From contig NW_027192215.1 in the NCBI RefSeq assembly GCF_041956535.1, positions 289,208 through 353,207 on the forward strand: DNA of 64,000 nt, in the 5' to 3' direction. The DNA comes from Calcarisporiella thermophila CBS 279.70 (taxonomy: Eukaryota; Fungi; Calcarisporiellomycota). Shown piece by piece: positions 52,997-64,000 of this stretch. Every line of letters starts with the position of its first letter. Within the stretch, counting starts at the first letter, position 1. A model generated the notes under the pieces. That model saw only the letters and a list, made by a program, of their open reading frames with translations, did no database searches and was not told where the DNA came from. Made by a program: the position numbers and the translations under genes.

Positions 52997-55331
52997 ATGT
53001 CTAAATCTCTTCCCTCCGCCCTTAACGGCACTCCCTCCCTCTCAACGGCCACCCCCTCCAAATCGCTAGCCTCCACGCCGACGCCGACATCCGCAGGCCT
53101 GCTGACGAAGCTGGGGCGTGCTGGCGAGCTCTTCAAGACGGAGGAAATGGTGAGGCTAATGGTCCAGGCCCTGCGGGATCTGGGGCTCAACCAGTCCGCC
53201 ACCCAGTTGGAGGCGGAGAGTGGGGTCAGCCTTGAAACGCCGGCTGTCTCCACGTTCAAGCGCTTTGTCCTCTCCGGAGACTGGGACGACGTGGAGACCG
53301 CTGTGCTTGAGTTTGTCGACTCGACCGATGCGCCGCAAGTCCAGCTCCTCATACGACGGCAAAAGTACCTCGAGCTGCTGGAACGGCGGCAGCTGAAGTC
53401 AGCGCTCGGCGTGCTGCAAGGGGAGCTGACCCCGTTGTTGAGCCTAAACGTGGAGGCCAAGGAGGGCATCGAAAAGGGGAGCAACAGGGGCTTGGGGCAG
53501 GAGACTTTGCACACGCTGGCGAGCTATATGATGTGCGGCAGTGGCGACGAGTTGAGGCGACGGGCGGCATGGGATGGAGCGAAGGGGAAATCACGAAAAG
53601 CATTACTTGTCGAGTTGCAGAGTAGGTGTTTCAGCATCCTTTGTTCTTTGGTTTTGTCACCTTGCCTCCCGTCTGCTTACTTGATTTATCGACTCCTTTC
53701 CAACTTACACACACCCACCCCTTCAATGGTCATCCCATTATTTTCTCGTCCCGTCTCTTGTTCCATGGCCAATTCCATTGACAGATTTTAGAGTGCTCCA
53801 CTAACCCATATGCTCTCCCTCCCTTAGAATACATCTCCCCGACGATCATGGTGCCCGACCGGCGGTTGGAGCAACTGCTGCTGCAGGCAACCGAGCACCA
53901 GCGGGCCCAGTGTTTGTACCATAATGCAGGGGATGAAGAGGAGGACGAGGACGAGGAGGAAGAAGTCTCCTTGTTAACCGACCACAAATGCGACAAGTAA
54001 GCTGATGGGCGATGGGTCCTCTTGACGGCTCACTGTGATTAACCCCCTCCCCCATCTCCTCTAACTGGCAGGGCTAGATTCCCGTGCACCACTCTGCACG
54101 TGCTAGAGCACCACACCGACGAGGTCTGGTACATAGCCTTCTCCCACGACGGCCGGCAGCTCGCGTCTGCCTCCAAGGACCAGAGCATCGTCATTTGGAG
54201 CGTCGACGACGGATACCTCTTGCGGGAGTTGATAGGGCACACCCACGAGGTGTCCTTTGTGGCCTGGTCGCCCAACGACGAGATGATTCTGAGCTGCGCC
54301 AACGACGGGGTCCGGTTATGGAAGCTCCCGGTGAGTAGGCTTTTCTCTCTCCCCTCGCCCCTTCATTTTCAGCAGCCCAATTCTATTACTGGACATGCTG
54401 CGCCACGTTTCCTAAGTATCTATAACCTAACCCTTTCCTCCATCCCCCTCTACCCTCCCCCCTACAGGAGGCGGAGTGCATCCGGACCATTCAACGGCAC
54501 ACCGATCAGGTCACCTCGTGCGCGTGGCTGCCCGACGGCCAGCGCTTTGTCACCGCGGGCATGGACAAGAACCTCTATCTGTGGAGTATCGACGGCACCA
54601 TGCTGCACCGGTGGACCACGGGGCGCATCATCTCGCTGGCCATGGACCCGCGGGGAGAATTCGTGGTGGGGGTGTGCTACGATCGGCGGATTAGGCGATA
54701 TAACCTGATTGACCGGGTGGAGGAAAAGTAAGCTTTCTCTCTCTCTCTCTCTTTACTCCACCGACGCGACGAGTCTAACCTGTATTGCCCTGTGGCTTGC
54801 AGCTATATCCAGGAGAGCGAGCCAATCACGTCTCTGAGCTTGGCGGCGGATGGGCGCCACGTGCTGGTGAATCTGAAGAGTTCGGTGAGTAGCCGCCCGC
54901 CGGGTCCCTCCCAGCTCTGGGCGGGCCCGCGGACGATGAGAAGGAGTCGCCTCCCGTGCGGTACTAATGTGTGTTTGTGTTCTGCGCAGGAGCTCCACCT
55001 CTGGGACATCCAGGACCGGCTTCTCCTCCGCACCTACACGGGGCACCGCCAGGGCGAGTTTGAGATCCGGTCGTGCTTTGGCGGCCACTCGCAGCGCATC
55101 ATTGCGTCCGGGTCCGAGGACGGGGCGGTGTACTTGTGGAGCCGGGAGCGCGGAGCGCTCATGGAGGTGCTGGTGGGGCACGGCGGGGTGGTCAACGGGG
55201 TGGCGTGGAATCCGCGCGATGCGCGGATGTTTGCGAGCGCGTCGGACGACAAGAGCGTGCGGGTGTGGGTGGGCGAGCGCCAGCGGCCCGAGGGCAAGGG
55301 CAAGGGCAAGCGGAAGGGCGGCCCTGTGTGA
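52997..55331 (+). CDS. GID7: WDR26/Gid7-like LisH-CTLH-WD40 subunit of the GID/CTLH ligase
   Basis: EEMVRLMVQALRDLG..LEAESG (LisH), RQKYLELLE..AL.VLQGELTPL (CTLH), MVPDRRLEQLL.QA, HTDEVWYIAFSHDG.LASASKD, YTGHRQGEFEIRSCFGG, WNP..MFASASDD. True start may be upstream (possible acceptor near 52886). Confidence 0.9.
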
Positions 55332-57067
55332 ACCGGCCAATCCCATGCAGTCTCGTTACCACGCCCCCTCCCCCCCCGCGCTCTACTCTCTACTGCGCCG
55401 TGCGGTTCTCCTACTCCCTGTGCATTGTCTCGGTTCTCTTTGTTGCTATCTCCATCGGGGGACGGCTTTGGTTTTCCTGGTTATTCTTTTTCCGTGTCTT
55501 TTGTCTCCGTTTCTCGCCATGTGACTGGTTTTCTCATTCCCTGCTTGTTTCCGCCCTTCTTCCACATCTCAATCCATTACAATACAATATACTAAACAGG
55601 AAGCTGAGATTTTTTGGGTTTTTCCAAATTTTCCCGGCGCCTGCCATTGGGGTTTTCTCGCGTGGATAAAAATCGTTCCATGTGGCCCAGTCGCACTTTA
55701 TCGCTTCTGGCCCAGCGTCGGCCTTTGAAAGTGGGATTCTCCATTACTAACCGCCTCGGCGTGTGGCAACGCGCGAGTCAGGCGGATTTGGGTTAGGCGC
55801 GGGAGGCGGTGACGTTCGCGGGGAGCCATCCCCGGCGGAGGGGCGGCGGGGGCGGCGGGGGCGGCGGCTAGGAGGCCCCCGGCGGGGTAGGTTAGGTTAG
55901 CTCGGGCGATCTGGCGAGAAAAGGGGGGAAGATGGGCGGAGGAGGCGATTGGGCGGGGGGAAGGGTTTGTTCCACGGGATTGGTTGGTGGGAAAGATTTG
56001 TTTTTGAGTTGCGTTTGGGCTGAACAATCCAAGAGGAGGTAGGTTGTTCAGCAGTGCGACTGTGCTGGGGGGGGGGGGGTGGGGTCCGCCGCGGCCAGAG
56101 GGGCGGTAGGGGATCCGGCCGTGCGATGATCTGGTTTCTCCGGCTTGGTGCGCAATATAATTTTTTTTTTTTCCACCGGCACGGAGCCGGCAGGGTGGGC
56201 GGGCGGGCTTGGCCCAAGATTGGTGAATTCTAACCTCGTCTTGTGTAAACGTGGACAGATTGGCTTTTTTTAATTTCTGATTTCCTGAGGGAACAATGCG
56301 GGCGGCGGGCATGAATCACGGCGGCGCCGGCGCGGGCTGCGGCATGCGCATCGGCGGGGGGCAGATCGCAGGCGAGGCCCAGGAGCGCGGGAATGTCTCG
56401 TTTGTCAGGCGGTGCTTATGCGATCGGAGGGCGATTGGATGCGCGCAGAATTGCAGCATTGAATTGGACAAAAGAAGAAGGGGTGAAACGCGGTGATTTG
56501 CATTTTTTTTTTCCCTCTTCCAATGCCCCTGACATGACCACCCGGAGCCCACACACAAATCACCGCCAGCCGCATCAGCCCGGATCGAACCGCCAACAGG
56601 CGGGCTTCTTTTCCGGCTGCGGGGCTCTGGCCCAGGCCGCGAAGGGAAAGCATAAGCAAAATTCCAGTGTCCGCATCGCGCATTTTTCTTTTTAGAGTTC
56701 TCAGACGGGCTGGCCCAAGGACTGGTTGCGGACGAGTCGGCCGGGTGGTGTGTTGGTTTTACACGCACGCCCGCCCCCTCTTTTCTCATCGCCCTCTTGA
56801 ACTCAAATTGGTTTGCCTCCCTCAACTCTACTTTTGTTGGCCTCTTCTGCCCACGGCCTCATCCGCATCCGCCCTCTCTCCCGCTCTCTCTCTCTCCCTC
56901 CCGCGTCTGGAAAATGACCAGGCCCCTCCCGCGTGCACTTGCTCTTGCCTCTTGCTGAATTGCGCGCTAATTGCCTCCTCGCCTGCTCGCCATCTACCCG
57001 TCCCCATCCCCCGCATCCCTCCTCTCTCTCCCAATCCATCCGCTGCCGCTCATCCCCGCGCCTGACA

Positions 57068-58393
57068 ATGACGGCTCATCCGGCCTCGTCGGCCGCCCCA
57101 TGGTACCCCCTCGCCATGATGGACATCCTCCGCCCCCCACGCGTCATCCCCGCCTCCGCACAGCCCGCGCTCTCCCTCGCACCCGCCGCGCCCGCCCCCC
57201 CGCCCGCCGCCCAGCCGCTCATATACCTCCCGCAGCCCTCCACGCTCCTCCCGCATCCATCGCATCTGCCCCTCCCGCTCCCCAAGACCGTGTACGCCGC
57301 GCCGGCGTCGTGCGTCCCCGCCTACCGCCTGCCGCCGCTCGTCTTCCACCGCCCCATCGCCTTCCCGCCGCTGCGGCAGCTGCAGCCAATGATGGAGGTG
57401 CATCCGTCGCCGCCCGCTTCGCCGCCGCGCACCGTGCCTGAGCCGCGGCAGGAGGAATGCCTGGCGGACATGACGGCCCGCATGGCATGCTTCTTGTGGT
57501 ACGGCCGGCCCAGCCCTCCCCCCGCATGCTCCCTGGCCGGCGGGAGAGGCGGCGGAGCGGACGGAGACAGTCGCATGCTGTTCGCCCGCTTTTGCCGCCG
57601 GCTCTTCGAGGCCACGCGGGTCACGTCCGCCAACTGCCTCCTCGCCCTCCTCTACATCTACCGATACCGACGCGCCCAGCCCAACGTGCGCGGCTCGCCT
57701 GGCTGCGAGTACCGCCTCTTGACCGTCGCGCTGCTGCTGGCGAACAAATTCCTCGACGACAGCACCTACACCGCGCGGACGTGGGCGGACGTGAGCGGGA
57801 TCCCCGTGCGCGAGGTGGTGGTGATGGAGGTGGAGTTCCTGGCCGCTCTCGACTACAAGCTCTGGGTCGACCCCCACGAGTTTGCCGGCTGGAAGGAGCG
57901 CGTGGAGCAGTGGACCGGCATGGGCGATGGGCTCCTGGTGTCCCTGGCGTCCAACTTCGGGTCGCCGGCGCTGCGCACCCCCCTGAGGCTGGTTGCGGTG
58001 CCGTGCGAGGACTCGCCGCTGATGACGCCGGGGTACGGCTCGCCGACCCTCAACCTATTGCACCAGCAGCAGCACCAGCACATTTGCTACCATAAGCAGC
58101 ATCAGCAACCCCAACCGCTCCAGCACCCGCAGCCTCTTCAGCGCCAGCAGCCATACCACTACCATCAAATCACGCCCGTCACAAGCCCCACCCGCCGGAG
58201 GCGGAGGCGCCAGCAACAACAGCAGCACTACCAGCAGCTTTTGTCCGCCCAGCAGCAGCAGCAGATCCAGGTGGTGCCCGAGTGGACCGAGGACCGCGCG
58301 TGCGGTCTGAAACGGCGTAGTGATGAGGATATGGAGGAGCGAACGAAGCGGCTGGCAACGGAACGGGCATGGTATGGGGTTATCCATGTCTGA
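57068..58393 (+). CDS. Pho80/Pcl-family (Clg1-like) cyclin with Pro-rich N-terminus and Gln-rich C-terminus
   Basis: Cyclin box FCRRLFEATRVT..LLALLYIYR..EYRLLTVALLLANKFLDDSTYTARTWADVSGIP..MEVEFLAALDY; single exon; start codon choice uncertain. Confidence 0.88.
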   Translation: MTAHPASSAAPWYPLAMMDILRPPRVIPASAQPALSLAPAAPAPPPAAQPLIYLPQPSTLLPHPSHLPLPLPKTVYAAPASCVPAYRLPPLVFHRPIAFPPLRQLQPMMEVHPSPPASPPRTVPEPRQEECLADMTARMACFLWYGRPSPPPACSLAGGRGGGADGDSRMLFARFCRRLFEATRVTSANCLLALLYIYRYRRAQPNVRGSPGCEYRLLTVALLLANKFLDDSTYTARTWADVSGIPVREVVVMEVEFLAALDYKLWVDPHEFAGWKERVEQWTGMGDGLLVSLASNFGSPALRTPLRLVAVPCEDSPLMTPGYGSPTLNLLHQQQHQHICYHKQHQQPQPLQHPQPLQRQQPYHYHQITPVTSPTRRRRRRQQQQQHYQQLLSAQQQQQIQVVPEWTEDRACGLKRRSDEDMEERTKRLATERAWYGVIHV

Positions 58394-61300
58394 AGGTGGT
58401 ATCCGCTAGCTTATCCAAGCCTTGGAATATATAGTATTGTCTTTTGTGTGTGTGTTTTTCTTTCTGTAAATAGCACATCTTATTATGAGAATCTCCCCTC
58501 CTCCTACTGCTACGTTATCTTTTTCTTTATTTTTCCTTACAAGCTACTTTGTTGCTTTCTCTTTTATTATTCTTGCGTTTGTATATGTCATTCATTTGCT
58601 CCTGGAGCTGTGGCAAAAAAAAAAGAAAGAGACGGAATTATATTATACTATAGGTATTGGAATTTCTTTTTTTTATTCTCATAATTATATAATATCGTCT
58701 ACTATTTTTTTTTCCCCTCCCTTTATTACCTACCCAATGGAAGTTTCCTTCTAAATAGATGCATTTTTTCCCCCCCTTTCCTATCTCTATAAATTCGCTT
58801 TCTTTCCCATTACTCAAATACTGAATTCCCCCCCCCCCCCCCTTTCTTGTCTGTTTGAAGTCACTCCTTTGAATACAATTGTAGCAAACCGATGTGGCCA
58901 AATAAAGTACTAAGAGTCTGAAAGAACATAACGCGGCGCTGACAATTGATATGCCTATGCAGTCCAGCTTGGTGCTTGATTTCAGGGCTTAATGAGTCGA
59001 ACATGGCTTGGTTATTGCTTTTTTTTTTCGTCTCTTCAGGATAAGAGGCCCCGAAACAAATGGTTCCCCCTTTTCCTCTCCCATCTTTGGGGCGTTAGAA
59101 ATGTGTTTAGCCACCAAGCATGAAAGGCTTTATTAAAAATAGATGACTAAACAACGTCGCCTCGTCAGCCGTCACGTCGTGTCCTCCTTGGGGGTCCGAG
59201 GATCCTCACCCTGGCTTTGAGGAAATGACAAACATGCGCCTCCATTGGCTCTCCTCTTGAGACAAAATGTGGGGGGAATGGGGTTTTCCCGCAACCGACA
59301 TTGCATGACGAGACAAGTGGCTGACCCATGGAGGATGAGAGTCATTGAGGAGTCTGTACGCGGGGCCTCAGGCTGCCATTCACTCGCCAAAGTTTGATCG
59401 AGATTGAGGATGAAGTTCCAAGAGAGAGAGAAGGAGAATGGGAATATCCGATGGCATAATAATTATGGCGTGTGGTAATGGAGGTATCTACACACAAGCG
59501 ATCCTGGCATTCTGAGGCGATTACATTGATTGATCTTGTCGAAAAGCTAAAAAGCTCCTAGCCAAAGACGGACTCCAGCGCCAACGATGGCTGTGATTGA
59601 CAAAGTGGTTGGATAGTAATAAATAAAAATGGAGTTAAAGATATGCCGTGAAACCAGAGGTCAGAGCCGCTAGTGTATTTGGGGAAACAGAGTCAAGCTG
59701 CCAAAATGAATGAATACGATGTTCAACAGGAAAGGCATCCAAGAACCAAATGATCTCGTTTACGCTCGAAAGATTGCAAAACATCCTTTAGAAATACTCG
59801 AGATTCACCGCGAAAGGACGGGCGAGGGCTAGTGCTATTGATGGGTGTTCTCCTCAGGAGGGTGCATTGTATATCCCACTGGATCCGTATGCGCTTGTGT
59901 CTTGACTTTTACCGGATTGTGTGACGATGCAGCTCGCCTCTCTCCCTCTCCCTCTCATCCGTGCCAGTGATCCATTTTCTTTTGTGAACACGGACACGCC
60001 CATGGTCAGTAGAGTTAAAGTCCAACTCTAGGCCATATGATTCATAATACGGCTAACTCTCTGGGGATAGCGGGTAAAATGTAACTCTATGGACGCAATC
60101 CTCTTGACTCGTCGGAGCACATCCATTGCATGAGCCAACATAATCCTAAAGTCTGTGGTATGCTTTGTGGCTCCCAACCACCAAGTGGTGGCTTGCTTGC
60201 TTGTAAATCAGCGGAGAAAGAGTCAAGGATGTTTAATATACCCCAATATGGAATAGCTTACCAGCCATACTTTGTGGTCATTAGGGCAGAAATATCAGAT
60301 GACGTATGGAAAATTGGAAATGAGGCGGGGGGTGGTGATTCCTAAAGATGAAAAAGGATGTGAGAAGACCAGAGGTTTCTCTCATTGGCCCTTTGTAGCT
60401 AATCTAAATAAAGAGTTCCTGGCGGTTGCAATTTTGAATATTACTAATAGAATAGAGTGGATGGTCCGACAAGAGCGCAGGGGCTTGTTTTGGGAGAACC
60501 GTGCGGCTGGATCACAAACTCTATGCACCTCATGTGCCACAGGCTGGAAGAGAGCAAGGAATGCTCGCCAGGGTCATTGGGAAGCTGTGTTTTATTAGTG
60601 GCCTGGGTGGATACATACTGTGGAGGTGGTGCAAGTCTAAAGTCTTGGGAGGAGTTGTTTCCCTCGGCACAACCGGTAAATTACAAGATCTGGTTCCCCG
60701 TGAGTCCCCCAAATTTCCCACCTAATAATTCTATAATTTCGTGCTCGCTGGCTGATGCTTACAAGCTTATTAGGTGGTCGGTAGAAGCAGCCGCAAGCAT
60801 GAGATCATCAGCACCAGTCAAATATTGCGTTAGCTCCATAGATGGCGCCGGCCTAGCTGAAAAATACTAGTTATTTATGCAGCCTCCATAGTGCAATGAT
60901 ACCCTACTAAACATGAGAGCATTAACTGGGATCCTTTCAACGTTGCTCAAGGAGCATAACCCGCCCGCTATAAACAAACGCATTTTACAACAGTTAGGGG
61001 CAGTGGATAAGTCGGGATTCCGCAGCAGGCGTTTTCAAAAATGGGTTGGCGTTGGAGCGCCCAGGAGGTTTCCTGAGCTCCAACTCTATTCTAACAATTA
61101 CTCATCAAACATGTATGAAAAAGGAATTAAGGACCTTGCCACACATCAAATGCACTAATTATCTGGCACTATTGATCTTCCTAGAGCCATCATCTTACAA
61201 ATGTCGCTCTTGCTTTTAACCATACAAGAAACGATCTGACTCAAAAGTATAGTACTCAATCGAAATGCAACTGCAATGTATTAAATTGTTGTCGGTTATA

Positions 61301-62415
61301 ATGCATACGATGTGAAAAGAGTTAAAAGCCGTAACTGGATCTAACTCATCTAGATTGCTACCACTGCTGTTCTTTGGGTTACTAGATGATCACAAAGGCA
61401 TTTCTTGCGTTTGAATTGTTAAACACCGGGCGGCCAATGTATCAGCCGATCCAATTGCATTTTCACATCGTAGCTCGTTAAACTCTCGGATGATCTCGTG
61501 TTATTTTTTTTTATTTAACGCGAGATCATCTGCACTAATGCTGATGGATGTTCTCTACTGGCTAATGGCCAACGTTTGTAATACTAAGCTCTAGGCTATT
61601 GTATCCTGAGCGTCATAGAGAAATGAACAAAATACTGTCTTTATGATATATGTCACGAGGTTCTTCGGGAAAAGCAATCTGGTACGGCAATGGATTACAA
61701 TTGAGTGTTTAGTGCATCTACAGATTTGTCGGGGTAAAATGGGGTTTGCTGTGCACTTGCAGGTGCAAGCTGAAAGGTTAGAATTAAAGCGATGCCATAA
61801 CCAATGCTATCCAATACAAGTGATTATTGGAGATCTTCTTAAGATTTACCACACCTTGTTTTAATAGCACATAATACACCTCACGAGTCGAACTGAGAAC
61901 GATTCTGATCCATCAGAAGAATAGCTTCTCTCGCTTTTCATATTTAATATTCTCGAGGTCAAGCTCTATCTTTAAAGCACTCTTCCCCCTACAGTGTCCC
62001 ATTATTTAAAAGCAACGTAGGGCGAGAATTCCGACTGAGTAGCTTAAAACGGCCCTAAAGCATTGAGAGAGTCGGTATTCGATGCTAGAGTAGACGAGAA
62101 AGTATATTTTAGTCCTACTAGTTAGTGTTGCTATTGCCATGCATTTTGTGATTAACAGGAATAAGCAGTTATGAAAAATGGTAATAAGAGATGACCAGTG
62201 AAAACAGGTTTATTGCTTACTATTGATATAAATGAAGTCCATCCACTTCATATACGATAAAAATTTGAAGTTTGTGGCTGTGCTCACGTCCTTGTTCCCC
62301 GCCGGCTGCTGTCCACGTATACTTTGTGTCACCCGAAGGTTTTCCTAGTACCCAAGAAATGTAACATATCTGCTCGGAATTATATTGCCTCCAATTTTCT
62401 TACTATCAACCCGTA

Positions 62416-63444
62416 ATGGACCTCAATTCCGCACATTTCCCGGCCCCTGGTATGTGTGAACCATTCACAATGCTTATCTCTCTCACTCTCTATAGCATTT
62501 ATTATTAACGCATTATCGTTCTAGACATAGACAAAAGCCTTATTTCTCACAAGAATGAGACTCATTCTCCTGGGGCGGTGACAACAAGAATTTTGGATGG
62601 ACATTCAGAAAGTGTTTACTGCGTTCAATTTGATGAGGAGAAAATAGTAACTGGTTCCAAGGATCAGACCATCAAAATCTGGTGTGCCAAGACTCTACGA
62701 TGCCTGAGAACGCTAAGTGGTCACAAAGGGTCTGTAGTGAGTTTACAGTATGATTCGCGTTGGTTGGCAAGTGGGTCAGTCGACTCAACAATAGTACTTT
62801 GGAATATGAACACCTATTTGCCGGTACGCACGCTGACCAACAACACATCGAGCGTACTAGGTTTGAGCTTGGGTGAAAATATAATTGCGGGCAGCTTCAA
62901 GGATTCCACCATTAAGCTCTGGCAAATCGAAACAGGATTGCTATTGCATACTCTTACGGGCCACATCGGCCCATTATCCGCGTTGAAACTTCATGGAAGT
63001 CAAATTGCTTCAGGGTCTGCCGACCGACTTGTAAAACTTTGGGACGTAGAGACGGGAGTTTGCCTACGCGACTTTTCAGGGCATACGCGAGGCATCTGCT
63101 GCCTACAATTCGACGGGCGTGTTATTGTTAGTGGAGCAAACGATTGTAGCATTAAGATATGGGATGTGGCGACAGGCGACTGTATTCGTACACTTGAGGG
63201 TCATACAGATTTAGTCAGGTCGATGCATCTCCGAGATGCAATCCTTGTCACGGGGTCCTACGACCGGAGTATTCGAGTCTGGGATTTGACCACAGGCGAA
63301 TGTTTGTCGCACCATCCAGATTGTCACGATGGCTGGGTGTACGGTGTTATATTTACTGAATCGCGCATTGTTAGCGTTGGCCAAGACGGCAAGGTTGTAG
63401 TGATGGATTTTGAAGAGGGCATAGTTCCCCGTGGCAGCGCTTGA
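62416..63444 (+). CDS. WD40-repeat protein (beta-TrCP/FWD-1/Cdc4-type propeller) without recognisable F-box
   Basis: Exons 62416-62449 and 62525-63444 in frame. Seven WD repeats (GHSESVYCVQFDEEKIVTGSKDQTIKIW, GHTRGICCLQFDG, GHTDLVRS, IVSVGQDGKVVVMDF) with only about 30 aa before the first repeat. Confidence 0.85.
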
Positions 63445-64000
63445 ATGCTTATTACCTAATTTTTAATGTTGATTGAGCTCTATTCTTCCACTATTTATAT
63501 TTAAATTATACATATATCCTTGTGTTTCTTTTTTGTATATTGATCGCTGCTTTAGACATTTAACTATTCTCATTGGAAATTTTTACAGATGCAGAAGTAC
63601 TGTTTCAAGATTGACAATGTCTATTTGTAACAGCTCTTTCAAAACAGCTACACTCTATTGATACTAATACTCCTAAAGTAAGACCACTACTTGAGTAATT
63701 CACGTGCTGGGCTTAAGTTTTTATAACTATTTAAATTCAAAAATACGAGATAGAAAAGATCATACCGTGGTCTGTTTTAGAAATTACGCCGCTCCAACCA
63801 TTTCTTGGTTCCATAACTCTTGTTCTCCTGGGGTTTCGATATATAGCCTCTTTTGTCCCTTGTTCAAGTAAATAGGCGGGTAATGAATAGTGAAGCGAGG
63901 TAAGCAAATACCTTTAATTGATCAAGTAGAGCGGGATTTCGTGAATCATTTTGAGCGAACCAAATCAATATATCCAAATATGGTATAATCTACGTCAACC

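Noticed and set aside
55614-57067. Many overlapping ORFs in the GC-rich region upstream of the cyclin, and antisense ORFs over GC-rich genes
   Set aside because: Low-complexity translations expected from high GC and shadow frames; no recognisable domains.
60272-60598. ORF with W..GSQTLCTSCATGWKR resembling half a GATA zinc finger
   Set aside because: The first CxxC and the TPxWR spacing are absent and there is no supporting exon structure; likely chance.

Overview
Eukaryotic DNA with many short GT-AG introns (about 55-110 nt), most likely from an early-diverging fungus (inferred from gene families and intron style). GC-richer housekeeping genes flank the window. On the left are PP2A-B56, SRP72, a NOL4-like integrase-zinc-finger protein and a POT peptide transporter. 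On the right are ATG8, EAF6, AP-3 sigma, COX20, WDR26/GID7, a Pho80-family cyclin and an F-box-less WD40 protein. Between them lies a mostly AT-rich ~34 kb array (13.9-47.9 kb) of about 13 related 7-TM GPCR-like loci (cAMP-receptor/Git3-like), intact and decayed. The main result: at 33912-36381 and 40943-43406 a complete 7-TM receptor is fused in one spliced reading frame to a C-terminal class I SAM-dependent (LaeA-like) methyltransferase with intact SAM-binding motifs (~694 aa). A third fusion copy is pseudogenised, further copies are shattered or inverted, and a close sister receptor lacks the enzyme. The fused subfamily shares a 16-bp upstream element, conserved linker motifs (RSxSYAST, an RVxF-like motif) and charge-reversed pocket residues. 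I know of no described GPCR-methyltransferase receptor-enzyme, but I could not run database searches. Exon models were spliced by eye; all function statements are inference.
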